From positions 1-58,591 of the forward strand of contig JABDGR010000002.1 in assembly GCA_013285985.1 (NCBI GenBank): a stretch of 58,591 bases of DNA. The letters run 5' to 3'. The notes under the pieces were generated by a model that saw only the letters and a program-made list of their open reading frames with translations, searched no databases and was not told the origin of the DNA. The position numbers and the translations under genes were made by a program. Source of the stretch: Verrucomicrobiota bacterium. Lineage in GTDB: Bacteria > Verrucomicrobiota > Verrucomicrobiia > Opitutales > JABDGR01. The number at the start of each line of letters is the position of its first letter. Position 1 is the stretch's first letter. Below, piece by piece: positions 8,713-17,277 of this stretch.

Positions 8713-9258
8713 CTAGGTCAGAATCGGCGCGAGGACATCCTTGATGCGCGCAAGAAGTTTTGGCGCGGCAAAAAATCCGCAGCCGATGAGCCCGCCGGCG
8801 GAGATGACAAGGCGCACGTTCACCGAGGCGGGCGCGCCATCCAGGTGAACGGTGAGGGGGAATTCTTTGGGATGGTCCACATGTAGATGCGCGGCTGCCG
8901 CTAGAAGATGGAGTTTTTGGATTTCGAACGCGCCGCCGAAGGCTTTCGCGAGCACATTGAATACGGCTTCGAATTTTTCCGGCGGCACCTGCACCCAGTG
9001 TTGGGCGAGGTCGAGCTGAGCCATGTCCTCTGGGACAGGTTTGACAAAGCGTTCGGGAAACATGGCTGCAAAGACGAACTCGTAGGCGAACGAGCTGAGG
9101 CCGAGGCCAATGAGAAGAGGGGGAACCGGCCCCAGGATGGGGAGGAAATATAATGCGCCAGAAACATCCAACAGCACCAGCAAGACACCCAGCACCACCA
9201 GCCCAAGGCTGATGGTCAGGCGCGTGCGGCGCGGGAAGCTAAACCACAAATTTTTCAT
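8713..9258 (-). CDS. hypothetical membrane protein
   Basis: 181 aa with an ATG start and two or three N-terminal TM segments (LGLVVLGVLLVLL, LPILGPVPPLLIGLGL). It lies 12 bp downstream of the ABC ATPase gene on the same strand. Confidence 0.55.
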   Translation of the reverse strand: MKNLWFSFPRRTRLTISLGLVVLGVLLVLLDVSGALYFLPILGPVPPLLIGLGLSSFAYEFVFAAMFPERFVKPVPEDMAQLDLAQHWVQVPPEKFEAVFNVLAKAFGGAFEIQKLHLLAAAAHLHVDHPKEFPLTVHLDGAPASVNVRLVISAGGLIGCGFFAAPKLLARIKDVLAPILT

Positions 9259-9270
9259 GGACGCTCCGGT

Positions 9271-10770
9271 TCACGCCGCGGATTGCGCGACGCCGGCCAT
9301 CAGGCCCATCAGCGCCGCTTCGGAAAATTCGGCGCGCGGGAGCTCCCCGGCGAGCCTTCCTTCGCGCATGACCAGGACGCGCCCGCACAGGCCGATAAGC
9401 TCGGGCAGCTCCGAGGATATCATCAGCACGGCCTTGCCTTCACCCGCCAGTTCGTCAAGCAGCTGGTAAATTTCCGCCTTGGCGCCGACATCGATGCCGC
9501 GGGTGGGTTCATCCACGATGAGCACGTCACACTCGCGGGCAATCCACTTGGCCAGCGCGATTTTCTGCTGGTTGCCGCCGCTAAGCGAGGCGATGGATGT
9601 TTCGAGCGAGGGAGTTTTGACGCGCAGGCGTTTCGCGTAGCGTTCGGCCAGTTCGTGTTCGGCGCGACGGTTGACCCAGCCAAATCGCGTGAGCAACGGC
9701 AGTGCCGCCAGCGAGGAATTTTCCCGGCAATTCATCGAGAGCACCAGCCCCTGGCGTTTGCGGTCCTCGGGCACCAGGCCGGACTTGGCCGCGAGCGCCG
9801 CGCGAATGGAGCCGAGGCGGAGGGCGCGCCCGTGCATCATCACCGTGCCCGCGGCGGCGGGGTCGAGGCCAAAAATAGCCTGGGCCACTTCGCTGCGCCC
9901 CGCGCCGACCAAGCCGGCCAAACCGACGATTTCCCCCGCGCGCACGGAAAAATGGATGCCGGTGAATTTTCCCGGCGAGGACAAATTTTCCACCTGCAGC
10001 CGCACGGCGCCATAAGAGCGTTGCAAATGCGCCGGCTCGCGCACGAGCAGTTCGCGCCCAATCATCTGCCGCACGATGCGTTGCGGGCTGGTCGCGCCAA
10101 TGGGTTCAGTGACGACGTGGTGGCCGTCGCGCAGGATGGTAACGGCGTCGCAGAGCGCAAAAATTTCCTCGAGGCGGTGGGAAACGTAGATGAGGGTGAT
10201 GCCGCGGGCTTTGAGCGCGCGGACGAGGCGGAATAATTCGCGCGTTTCGCCGAGGGAGAGCGAGCTCGTCGGCTCGTCCATGATGATGACGTTGGCGCCG
10301 GTGCCGACAGCGGCGGCGATTTGCACCAGTTGTTCCTGACCCGTTGAGAGAGTTCCGATGAGGGTGGCGGGGTCGATGTTCGAGCCGATTTCCGCGAGCA
10401 TCGCCCGCGCGCGGGCGCGCAGTTCGCGGCGGTTGACCCAGCCCGCGGCGTTGCGCGGCTGGTCGCCCAGACACAGGTTTTCCTCGACGCTGAGATTGGG
10501 GCAGAACGCCAGCTCCTGGTGCACCATCGCCACGCCGAGCGCGCGGGCGGCGTGCGGCGAGACGGGGTGGATAACTTTTTCCTCCAGGCGAATCGCGCCG
10601 CCGTCGGGTTGGTAAACCCCGGCAAGGATTTTGCCGAGCGTGCTTTTCCCCGCGCCATTTTCGCCGACGAGCGCATGGCAGGCGCCGCGCTCGATGGAAA
10701 CGCTTACGCCGTCCAGCGCGAGCACGCCGGGGAAGCGCTTCGTAATCTGGTGGAACTCAAGAAACGCCAC
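9271..10770 (-). CDS. sugar ABC transporter ATP-binding protein (duplicated ABC domains, CUT2/RbsA-MglA type)
   Basis: Walker A GENGAGKST, signature LSTGQEQ, second domain GLVGAGRSE and LSGGNQQK. 499 aa, GTG start. Confidence 0.9.
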   Translation of the reverse strand: MAFLEFHQITKRFPGVLALDGVSVSIERGACHALVGENGAGKSTLGKILAGVYQPDGGAIRLEEKVIHPVSPHAARALGVAMVHQELAFCPNLSVEENLCLGDQPRNAAGWVNRRELRARARAMLAEIGSNIDPATLIGTLSTGQEQLVQIAAAVGTGANVIIMDEPTSSLSLGETRELFRLVRALKARGITLIYVSHRLEEIFALCDAVTILRDGHHVVTEPIGATSPQRIVRQMIGRELLVREPAHLQRSYGAVRLQVENLSSPGKFTGIHFSVRAGEIVGLAGLVGAGRSEVAQAIFGLDPAAAGTVMMHGRALRLGSIRAALAAKSGLVPEDRKRQGLVLSMNCRENSSLAALPLLTRFGWVNRRAEHELAERYAKRLRVKTPSLETSIASLSGGNQQKIALAKWIARECDVLIVDEPTRGIDVGAKAEIYQLLDELAGEGKAVLMISSELPELIGLCGRVLVMREGRLAGELPRAEFSEAALMGLMAGVAQSAA

Positions 10771-10771
10771 G

Positions 10772-11776
10772 CTACTTTTTCGGCAGCCACTTGTCCCAGT
10801 TCTTCGAATACTCCTCGACGTTGTCCTTGGTGACGGGGATCAGCGGGCTGGCCACGAAAAAGGAAGGCGGGGTTTTCTTGTTCAGGACTTTGTCCACGAG
10901 CAAGTGCACCGAAGTGTTGCCCCATTCGTAGCATTGCTGGGCGAGCAGTTCCTGCACATGGCCGTCGCGCACATAGGCCAGTTGCGCGGGCAGGGCGTCC
11001 ACGGCGACGACCTTGACGGACCCGGGCTGCCACTTCAATGCATTGTCGGTGAAGAGCGGCCAGCCGCCCACCATGGCCCAGCCGGTGATTTCCGGGTGCG
11101 CCTGCATGGTCTGTTCGACGGCGGCGGCGGCGTCCGCCGCGGTTTCCTTGTGGTTAACGGTCGGCAGTACGGTGATGCCGGGGTATTTTTTTGCTTCATC
11201 CTGAACGGCTTTCACGCGCTTCTGGAGGTTCGGCGCGTTCGGATTGCCGGCCAGGATGGCGACAACCCCTTTGCCGCCCATGATTTTGGCGAGTTCAGAC
11301 ATCACCTGCTGGCCGCATTTTTCATCATCGGTGCCGTAAATGGCAAAGCGGGCGCTTTTGGGTGCGTCGGAGTCGAAAGTAACCACTGGGATGCCGTTCT
11401 TGACCGCCTTGTTAATGGCATCCGTGACCTTGTTGGCGTCGGAGCAACTGACGGCGATGCCGTCCACATTCAGGGTGGTGAGGGCTTCGATGTTGTCGGC
11501 CTGCATCTGGGCGTTCTCGTCGTTGGGCGTGCGCCAATCAATCGAGATGTCCATGCCCAACTGTTTGCTAAGCGCCTTGGCCGCGTCTTCCGCGCCGATG
11601 CGCGCAACCTGGAACACGGCGTTGCTATTGGACTTGGCGACGACGCCAATGACCAGCTTCCGGGGCTTGGCCGCGGGAGCAGCGGACGCCGGCGCTGAAT
11701 TGGACGAGGTGCCGTAACTGGCGGCGAGCAGGAGCGACGCCGCGAATGGCGCGGCCAGGAGTAGGCGGATTCTCAT
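10772..11776 (-). CDS. sugar ABC transporter periplasmic substrate-binding protein (RbsB-like)
   Basis: Signal peptide MRIRLLLAAPFAASLLLAA followed by a periplasmic-binding-protein type I layout. It directly abuts the ATPase gene. Confidence 0.8.
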   Translation of the reverse strand: MRIRLLLAAPFAASLLLAASYGTSSNSAPASAAPAAKPRKLVIGVVAKSNSNAVFQVARIGAEDAAKALSKQLGMDISIDWRTPNDENAQMQADNIEALTTLNVDGIAVSCSDANKVTDAINKAVKNGIPVVTFDSDAPKSARFAIYGTDDEKCGQQVMSELAKIMGGKGVVAILAGNPNAPNLQKRVKAVQDEAKKYPGITVLPTVNHKETAADAAAAVEQTMQAHPEITGWAMVGGWPLFTDNALKWQPGSVKVVAVDALPAQLAYVRDGHVQELLAQQCYEWGNTSVHLLVDKVLNKKTPPSFFVASPLIPVTKDNVEEYSKNWDKWLPKK

Positions 11777-11891
11777 GGGAGTATTGACGCTAGGGGTGAA
11801 AGGATGGGGAATGGGGAGCCGTCAGTTTGGCCAAGCGGGCCACGAAATGCAACTGCGGGTTGTGCAGCACAAAGGGCAATCCGGCTAGACT

Positions 11892-13433
11892 TCAGCGGTT
11901 CCGCTTACCATACACTTCCAGCCGGCATTCGAAGCCTCCGAGGTCAATCGCCTGGCGGGAGTGAAGTGAAAGAGACGGGTCTTTCGGCTCGAGGCGCACA
12001 GGATTCGGAAACACCAGCCGGCCGCCGGGCTTGAGGGCCAGGGCGGCGGCGGTGAATAAGTCGTTAATAAGTCCAGTAAGGCTCGGCACGCGAATGCGCC
12101 GGCCCATGGGCGGGTTGGTGATGATGAGTGTGACACTTGAGGGGCCGAGGCCTTCAATTTTGGCGAAGTCGCGAAAATCTCCGCAGGCGAAGCGAGCTTG
12201 CAGCTCCGGCAATTTCGCCGCGGCAACGTTGGCCTGGGCGATTTTCAGCGCGGCGGGGTCGAGGTCGGTTCCGTGGATGCTCTTCACGCCGCCAAGCAGT
12301 GCGCTTTCGATAAGCTCCAGGCCGGAGCCGCAAAAGGGGTCCCAGATAATTTCATCCTTCACTCGTCCCGCGATGCGGGCCATGCACGCGGCCAGCGGCG
12401 GGTGCGAGGCCGCCCAAACGTCATCCGTGCGGTAATAAAGACGCGGGTCGGGGGTGAGCTTGGGCCGCAATTCCACGGAGCACCCGCCTTTGATGGGGTG
12501 GAGGTCAATCGCCCAGGGTGCTTGTCGGGCGTCGTTGAGAATTTTCGGGCACAGCGCATACGCGCGATTTGCGACAAGGTTGACCGCGCCGCGCTGGTGG
12601 CCCCGGCCGACATACGCGAGACGATAACGCAACGAACCTTCAGTGAACGCTTCGAATAATCGCCGCGACAACGGCGAGGTGATGACTTCGGCTAGTGGCT
12701 CAACCGACTGCACAGGCGTCGGCGCGCGCACGACCCCGAGGCCGAAACCCAGCGTGTCGAAACAGCGGAGAACGTATAATTCCGCGAGGGAAAACGGCGC
12801 GAGCGGCGTAATGGCGACGCACTCACCACGAAATTCCAGCAGGCGAAATTTTCGGTTTTTTGCGATAAATTCCCTCACTTCGTCGCGGACAATCGTTTCG
12901 AGGCCCTTCCGGCAGCGCAGGTGAATGCGTAATCCGCGGAAATGGGTGAAGACGCGGTCGAGACGGATGACGCTGGGGCTTTCCGCGCGCGCGAGGCTGG
13001 CCTTCACTTTCTGTTCAGTTTGTGGAAGCAGCCCGGGCGTTTTGCTCACCGCGCTCAATGTAGCCGCGCCGCCGATTTTTTCGAGCGCCCGGCCAACGGA
13101 TTTCTTTTCGCGCTCACCTGAAGGGGTCTCAAGCAGCGAAAGCAGTTCGCGCTCCTCGCCTGTGCCCGCGCCAATTTTGGGCAGCGCGGCCATGGCATAG
13201 CGTCGGATTTTTTCGGCGGGGTCGCGCAAAAGATTTTTCAGCCAATCGCACACGGCGGTTTTCTGTTCCGTTGCTCCCGATTCGGCAAACACCACGCCCA
13301 CCGCGCGAATAACCGCGACGTTCTGCATGCGCTCGCGGGGCGAGGCGCGGTCGAATGAAGGGACTGCTTCCGTCCAGAGCTTTTCCCATGGCAAGGCGCG
13401 CAGCCGGCGGTAAAGCTCCTGGTCGGATTTCAT
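11892..13433 (-). CDS. class I SAM-dependent methyltransferase with THUMP-like middle domain and HEAT-like N-terminal extension (RlmL/UPF0020-like)
   Basis: Motif I DPFCGSGLELIESALLGG and motif IV IITNPPMGRR. A ferredoxin/THUMP-like segment (IHLRCRKGLETIVRDEVREF) precedes them. The N-terminal ~150 aa is helical-repeat-like. Confidence 0.75.
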   Translation of the reverse strand: MKSDQELYRRLRALPWEKLWTEAVPSFDRASPRERMQNVAVIRAVGVVFAESGATEQKTAVCDWLKNLLRDPAEKIRRYAMAALPKIGAGTGEERELLSLLETPSGEREKKSVGRALEKIGGAATLSAVSKTPGLLPQTEQKVKASLARAESPSVIRLDRVFTHFRGLRIHLRCRKGLETIVRDEVREFIAKNRKFRLLEFRGECVAITPLAPFSLAELYVLRCFDTLGFGLGVVRAPTPVQSVEPLAEVITSPLSRRLFEAFTEGSLRYRLAYVGRGHQRGAVNLVANRAYALCPKILNDARQAPWAIDLHPIKGGCSVELRPKLTPDPRLYYRTDDVWAASHPPLAACMARIAGRVKDEIIWDPFCGSGLELIESALLGGVKSIHGTDLDPAALKIAQANVAAAKLPELQARFACGDFRDFAKIEGLGPSSVTLIITNPPMGRRIRVPSLTGLINDLFTAAALALKPGGRLVFPNPVRLEPKDPSLSLHSRQAIDLGGFECRLEVYGKRNR

Positions 13434-13445
13434 CGGCGGCAGAAA

Positions 13446-14540
13446 TCAATCCGCGCGGCGGGCGAGGCGGCGCTGCGCGAGCCAGGTGTTGAATTTATCC
13501 AGCGCGACCGCCGCGACGACGACCGAACCGGTGATGATCTGACTGTAATTCTGGTCTATGCCCAAAATGATAATGCCGGTGGTGATCATCTGGATGATGA
13601 GCGCACCGAGCATCGCGCCGAGGGCCGAGCCACGCCCGCCGGTCAAACTGGAGCCGCCGACTACTGCGGCGGCAACGACGTTCAATTCATAGCCATTGGC
13701 ATCGCCCGAAGAGGCCGAGCCGTAGTAACCCATTGCCAGCAGCGCCGCCAGCCCGGCCAGCCCGCCGCTCCACAGATACACCCCCAGCTTCACCTTTTGC
13801 ACTTGGATGCCGCTGTATTGCGCAGCAACTTCGTTGCCCCCGACGGCGAAAACGCGCCGGCCAGCCGCGAGACGCGAAAGAAATATCCAGCCGGCAATCA
13901 TCACCAGCACCATGACGAAAGGCGGCACCAGCGTCAGTCCATCGCCCACTTCAAACTTCACGATTTTTTGCAAGGCCGGTGGAAAATCGCCGATGGACTG
14001 GCCGCCGCTGGCCACGAGCGCGATGCCGCGGAAAATGGCCATCGTGCCGAGGGTGATGATGAATGGATGCATCCGCAGGCCGACAATCAGCCCGCCATTG
14101 ACCAACCCGCACAACAGGCCCATGCCCACGCAGACTACGACCGCGAGCAGCACGCTCATCCCGGCCGAAGCGCCGGTTTCCCCGAGATGGCGGAGCACCA
14201 GTGCGCTCACGACGGCCGCCAGCGCGTAAATCGCGCCGACGGACAAATCGATGCCGCCGGAAATAATCACCACCGCCATGCCCACCGCCATGATGCCGAT
14301 GAAGCTCGTGTCCTTGGCCAGTTGCGCGAGGTTGCGCGCGTTGAGAAATCGATTGCGGGTGACGAGGACTTTTTCGCCCGCGGCGTTGAGTTGCGGCGTG
14401 ACTTCGCCATCCGCCCCGCGCACCAGCACGGGCTGTTGGACGCTGCCGCCGAAACCGGCCAGCAAGAGGCCCAGGACGAGCACGACCAGCAGAAGGCCGC
14501 TCTCTTGAAAGCCGAATAATGAACGCAGGCGCGAGGACAC
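13446..14540 (-). CDS. sugar ABC transporter permease (RbsC/BPD_transp_2 type)
   Basis: 364 aa and polytopic, with the GGIDLSVGAI motif typical of CUT2 permeases. GTG start. Confidence 0.85.
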   Translation of the reverse strand: MSSRLRSLFGFQESGLLLVVLVLGLLLAGFGGSVQQPVLVRGADGEVTPQLNAAGEKVLVTRNRFLNARNLAQLAKDTSFIGIMAVGMAVVIISGGIDLSVGAIYALAAVVSALVLRHLGETGASAGMSVLLAVVVCVGMGLLCGLVNGGLIVGLRMHPFIITLGTMAIFRGIALVASGGQSIGDFPPALQKIVKFEVGDGLTLVPPFVMVLVMIAGWIFLSRLAAGRRVFAVGGNEVAAQYSGIQVQKVKLGVYLWSGGLAGLAALLAMGYYGSASSGDANGYELNVVAAAVVGGSSLTGGRGSALGAMLGALIIQMITTGIIILGIDQNYSQIITGSVVVAAVALDKFNTWLAQRRLARRAD

Positions 14541-14608
14541 GGGAGTAGCCTGCCACTAAAACGGGCCGGAGCGGCGCTGGCAAGACCGGGTGGGCCGAAA
14601 AAACAAAA

Positions 14609-15502
14609 CTACGCGCTGGCCGCTTCGCCGCCGTAGCGGGCGCTCTGCTCATCGGCATGATAGGACGAACGCACAAGCGGGCCGGATTCGACGACGCCAA
14701 AGCCAAGTTCTTTGATGCCAAAATCATGCCAGCGCACAAATTCCTCCGGCGTTGCCCACCGGGCAATGGGGGCGTGTTGCGGCGAGGGCTGCAAATACTG
14801 GCCGATAGTCACGATGTCCACGCCCGCGGCGCGCAGGTCGCGCAGGGCCTGGGCGATTTCGTCCTCGCGCTCGCCGAGGCCGAGCATGATGCCGGACTTG
14901 GTAACGAAGCCGCGGCCCTTGGCGTGGTGCAGGAGGCCGAGCGTGCGGTCGTAGCGCGCGGTCTTGCGGATGGGGCGTTGCAGGCGTTCGACAGTTTCGA
15001 GGTTGTGGTTAAGAATGTCGGGCTGGGCGTCGAGCACGGTGTCGAGCGGCTCGGTCTGCCCACGAAAATCGGGGATGAGCACTTCGATGGCCGTCTGCGG
15101 GTTGCGGTGGCGCACGGCGCGGATGGTCGCGGCCCACACACTCGCGCCGCCGTCCGTTAAGTCATCGCGCGCGACCGAGGTGATAACGGCGTGGCGCAGG
15201 CCCATCTTGGCCACGGCGTCGGCCACGCGCGCGGGTTCGCCAAAATCGAGTTCGGTGGGCCGACCGGTTTGCACGGCGCAGAATGAACAGGAGCGCGTGC
15301 AGATGTTGCCTAAAATCATGATGGTCGCCGTGCCGCGCGACCAGCATTCGCCCATGTTCGGGCATTGCGCGGACTGGCAGACGGTGTGCAGCTCATGGCT
15401 GTCCACCAGCTCGCGCGTCTGGCGATAGCGCGGGCCAGCCGGCAATTTGGCGCGGAGCCAGTCGGGCTTGCGGGCGGTTTCCATGAAGGGGGAATTATCC
15501 AC
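14609..15502 (-). CDS. lipA: lipoyl synthase
   Basis: CQSAQCPNMGECW auxiliary cluster motif plus radical-SAM CTRSCSFC. GTG start at 15502; alternative ATG at 15485. Confidence 0.93.
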   Translation of the reverse strand: MDNSPFMETARKPDWLRAKLPAGPRYRQTRELVDSHELHTVCQSAQCPNMGECWSRGTATIMILGNICTRSCSFCAVQTGRPTELDFGEPARVADAVAKMGLRHAVITSVARDDLTDGGASVWAATIRAVRHRNPQTAIEVLIPDFRGQTEPLDTVLDAQPDILNHNLETVERLQRPIRKTARYDRTLGLLHHAKGRGFVTKSGIMLGLGEREDEIAQALRDLRAAGVDIVTIGQYLQPSPQHAPIARWATPEEFVRWHDFGIKELGFGVVESGPLVRSSYHADEQSARYGGEAASA

Positions 15503-15529
15503 GAAATTTCACGAATTGGCACTAAAATT

Positions 15530-16225
15530 TTACCGCTTTTTCTTCCGCGTTTTTGCGGGGCCACTCGTCGACAAATAGTCATTATAGAGCTTCCAAAATT
15601 CTTCCGCCAGCACGCGCTTGATTTCATCTTTTGTCGGCGTTTTGTCAGCACCAAGTTCACGGGTAAGGGAAGTCACTTCGCCGATGTCCGGGCCGAGGCC
15701 GCAGGGGATGATGCCCGCAAACGACGCGAGGTCGCCATCCACATTCAGCGCGAAACCATGCCAGGCCACCCAGGAGCGCACGGCCACGCCGATGGCGGCG
15801 ATTTTGCGCTTTCCCACCCACACGCCCGTCTGCCCCTTGCGACGCGCGGTGGCCAGGCCGAAGCAGCCGAGGGCATTGATAATCGTCTGCTCGAGCACGC
15901 GCAGGTATTCGTGCAAATCACGCCGGGGCTCGAGGCTGACAATCGGGTAGCCGACGATTTGCCCGGGCCCATGGTAGGTCACGTCGCCACCGCGACCAAC
16001 TTCGACGACTTCAATGTCTTGCTTGGCCAGCATTTTTGCGTCCCAGAGCACGTTTTTCTCCGCGCCGCGCCGGGCGCCGAGGGTAAACACCGGGTTGTGC
16101 TCGGTGAAAACCAGTGTGTCTGTCACGGTGCCGGACTTTCGCGCTTCGAGCAGCGCGACCTGCCGGGCGAGCGCCGCGCGGTAGTCCGTGCGGCCCCAGT
16201 CAACATATTTGGATGATTTAACCAT
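15530..16225 (-). CDS. lipB: lipoyl(octanoyl) transferase
   Basis: RGGDVTYHGPGQIVGYPI, KIAAIGV and IIPCGL motifs. ATG at 16225 gives MVKSSKYVDWGRTDY (track start 16273). Confidence 0.9.
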   Translation of the reverse strand: MVKSSKYVDWGRTDYRAALARQVALLEARKSGTVTDTLVFTEHNPVFTLGARRGAEKNVLWDAKMLAKQDIEVVEVGRGGDVTYHGPGQIVGYPIVSLEPRRDLHEYLRVLEQTIINALGCFGLATARRKGQTGVWVGKRKIAAIGVAVRSWVAWHGFALNVDGDLASFAGIIPCGLGPDIGEVTSLTRELGADKTPTKDEIKRVLAEEFWKLYNDYLSTSGPAKTRKKKR

Positions 16226-16329
16226 GGATGACACAGAGAACGCAGAGTAAAGCAAACCCAGCGACGAAAACAATTAGTTTGTGTTCTCTGCGACATCCGT
16301 GTTCTCCGTGGTCAACTTTAACGCAACTT

Positions 16330-17205
16330 ATGCCCGAACTCGCGGAAGTGGAGTTTTACCGCCGTCGCTGGTGGGCGGCCGGCGCGCGGCAAACCGTGAA
16401 TGCCGCCGAGGCGAACTCGCGCTCGCGCGTGTATCGCAGTCTGGCCAGGGAATTTCCCGGTGGAGTAAGAGTGCTGGCAAAAACTTTGACAGGGGCGAAA
16501 TTGGCTGACTCCGCGACACACGGAAAGCAGATGTGGTTTGTGTTTAAGACGCCACACCAGACCAAACAATTTCTCTGGCTCGGCGTCCACCTCGGCATGA
16601 CTGGCTCAATGCACGCCGAGCCGGTGGATTACCTCGCGCAAAAGCACGACGCTCTTATTCTGAGTCTCGCCCGACGCACGCTAGTTTTCAACGATCCGCG
16701 TCAATTCGGCCGCGTGCGCGCGTGGCGAGGGCCGATGGGTGAACGCCCTCCCTGGCTGCAAAATCTGCCCAATGAAATTTTGTCGCGCGGGTTCACGGCG
16801 GAATTTGTGAGCAAGGTTTTGCAACGCCATGCCCGCGCACCGCTCAAGGCGGTGTTGCTCAACCAAAAATATTTTCCCGGCATTGGCAACTGGATGGCCG
16901 ACGAAATCCTCTGGCGCGCTGCGTTGCATCCCGCGCTCCCGTCGGGAAGAGCGGCCGATTTACCCACGGCCAAAAAACTCCACGCAGCGATTCAAAAAGT
17001 GGCACATGACGCCCTGTGTGTTATCGCGGGAGTGGGCGGAAAGCTTCCACCCGATTTGAACGTCCATATTCCCGACACCTGGCTCTTCAACCACCGTTGG
17101 GAGGACGGCGGCCTTTGCCCAAAAACCAAAAAGCCCTTGCGTCGCGCGGAAATCGGCGGGCGCACCACCTGCTGGAGTCCAGCGCGGCAGAAGCTGCTGA
17201 ATTGA
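16330..17205 (+). CDS. mutM: formamidopyrimidine-DNA glycosylase (Fpg/Nei family)
   Basis: ATG at 16330 gives MPELAEVEFYRRRW, with the catalytic Pro2/Glu3. The H2TH region is YFPGIGNWMADEILWRA. The C-terminal finger is degenerate. Confidence 0.85.
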   Translation: MPELAEVEFYRRRWWAAGARQTVNAAEANSRSRVYRSLAREFPGGVRVLAKTLTGAKLADSATHGKQMWFVFKTPHQTKQFLWLGVHLGMTGSMHAEPVDYLAQKHDALILSLARRTLVFNDPRQFGRVRAWRGPMGERPPWLQNLPNEILSRGFTAEFVSKVLQRHARAPLKAVLLNQKYFPGIGNWMADEILWRAALHPALPSGRAADLPTAKKLHAAIQKVAHDALCVIAGVGGKLPPDLNVHIPDTWLFNHRWEDGGLCPKTKKPLRRAEIGGRTTCWSPARQKLLN

Positions 17206-17277
17206 CAAGGGAAAGGTTGCCAGACGAGATATCCGTCGTTAGTAAGAAAAGTGAGGGCGCGGCTCCAGTTACACTCC

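Noticed and set aside
15495-15503. TTATCCACG, an 8/9 match to the DnaA box, plus the nearby CACGAAATT/CACGAATT direct repeat.
   Set aside because: It is a single box that overlaps the lipA start codon region. There is no cluster, no AT-rich unwinding element and no dnaA nearby, so this is not evidence for oriC.
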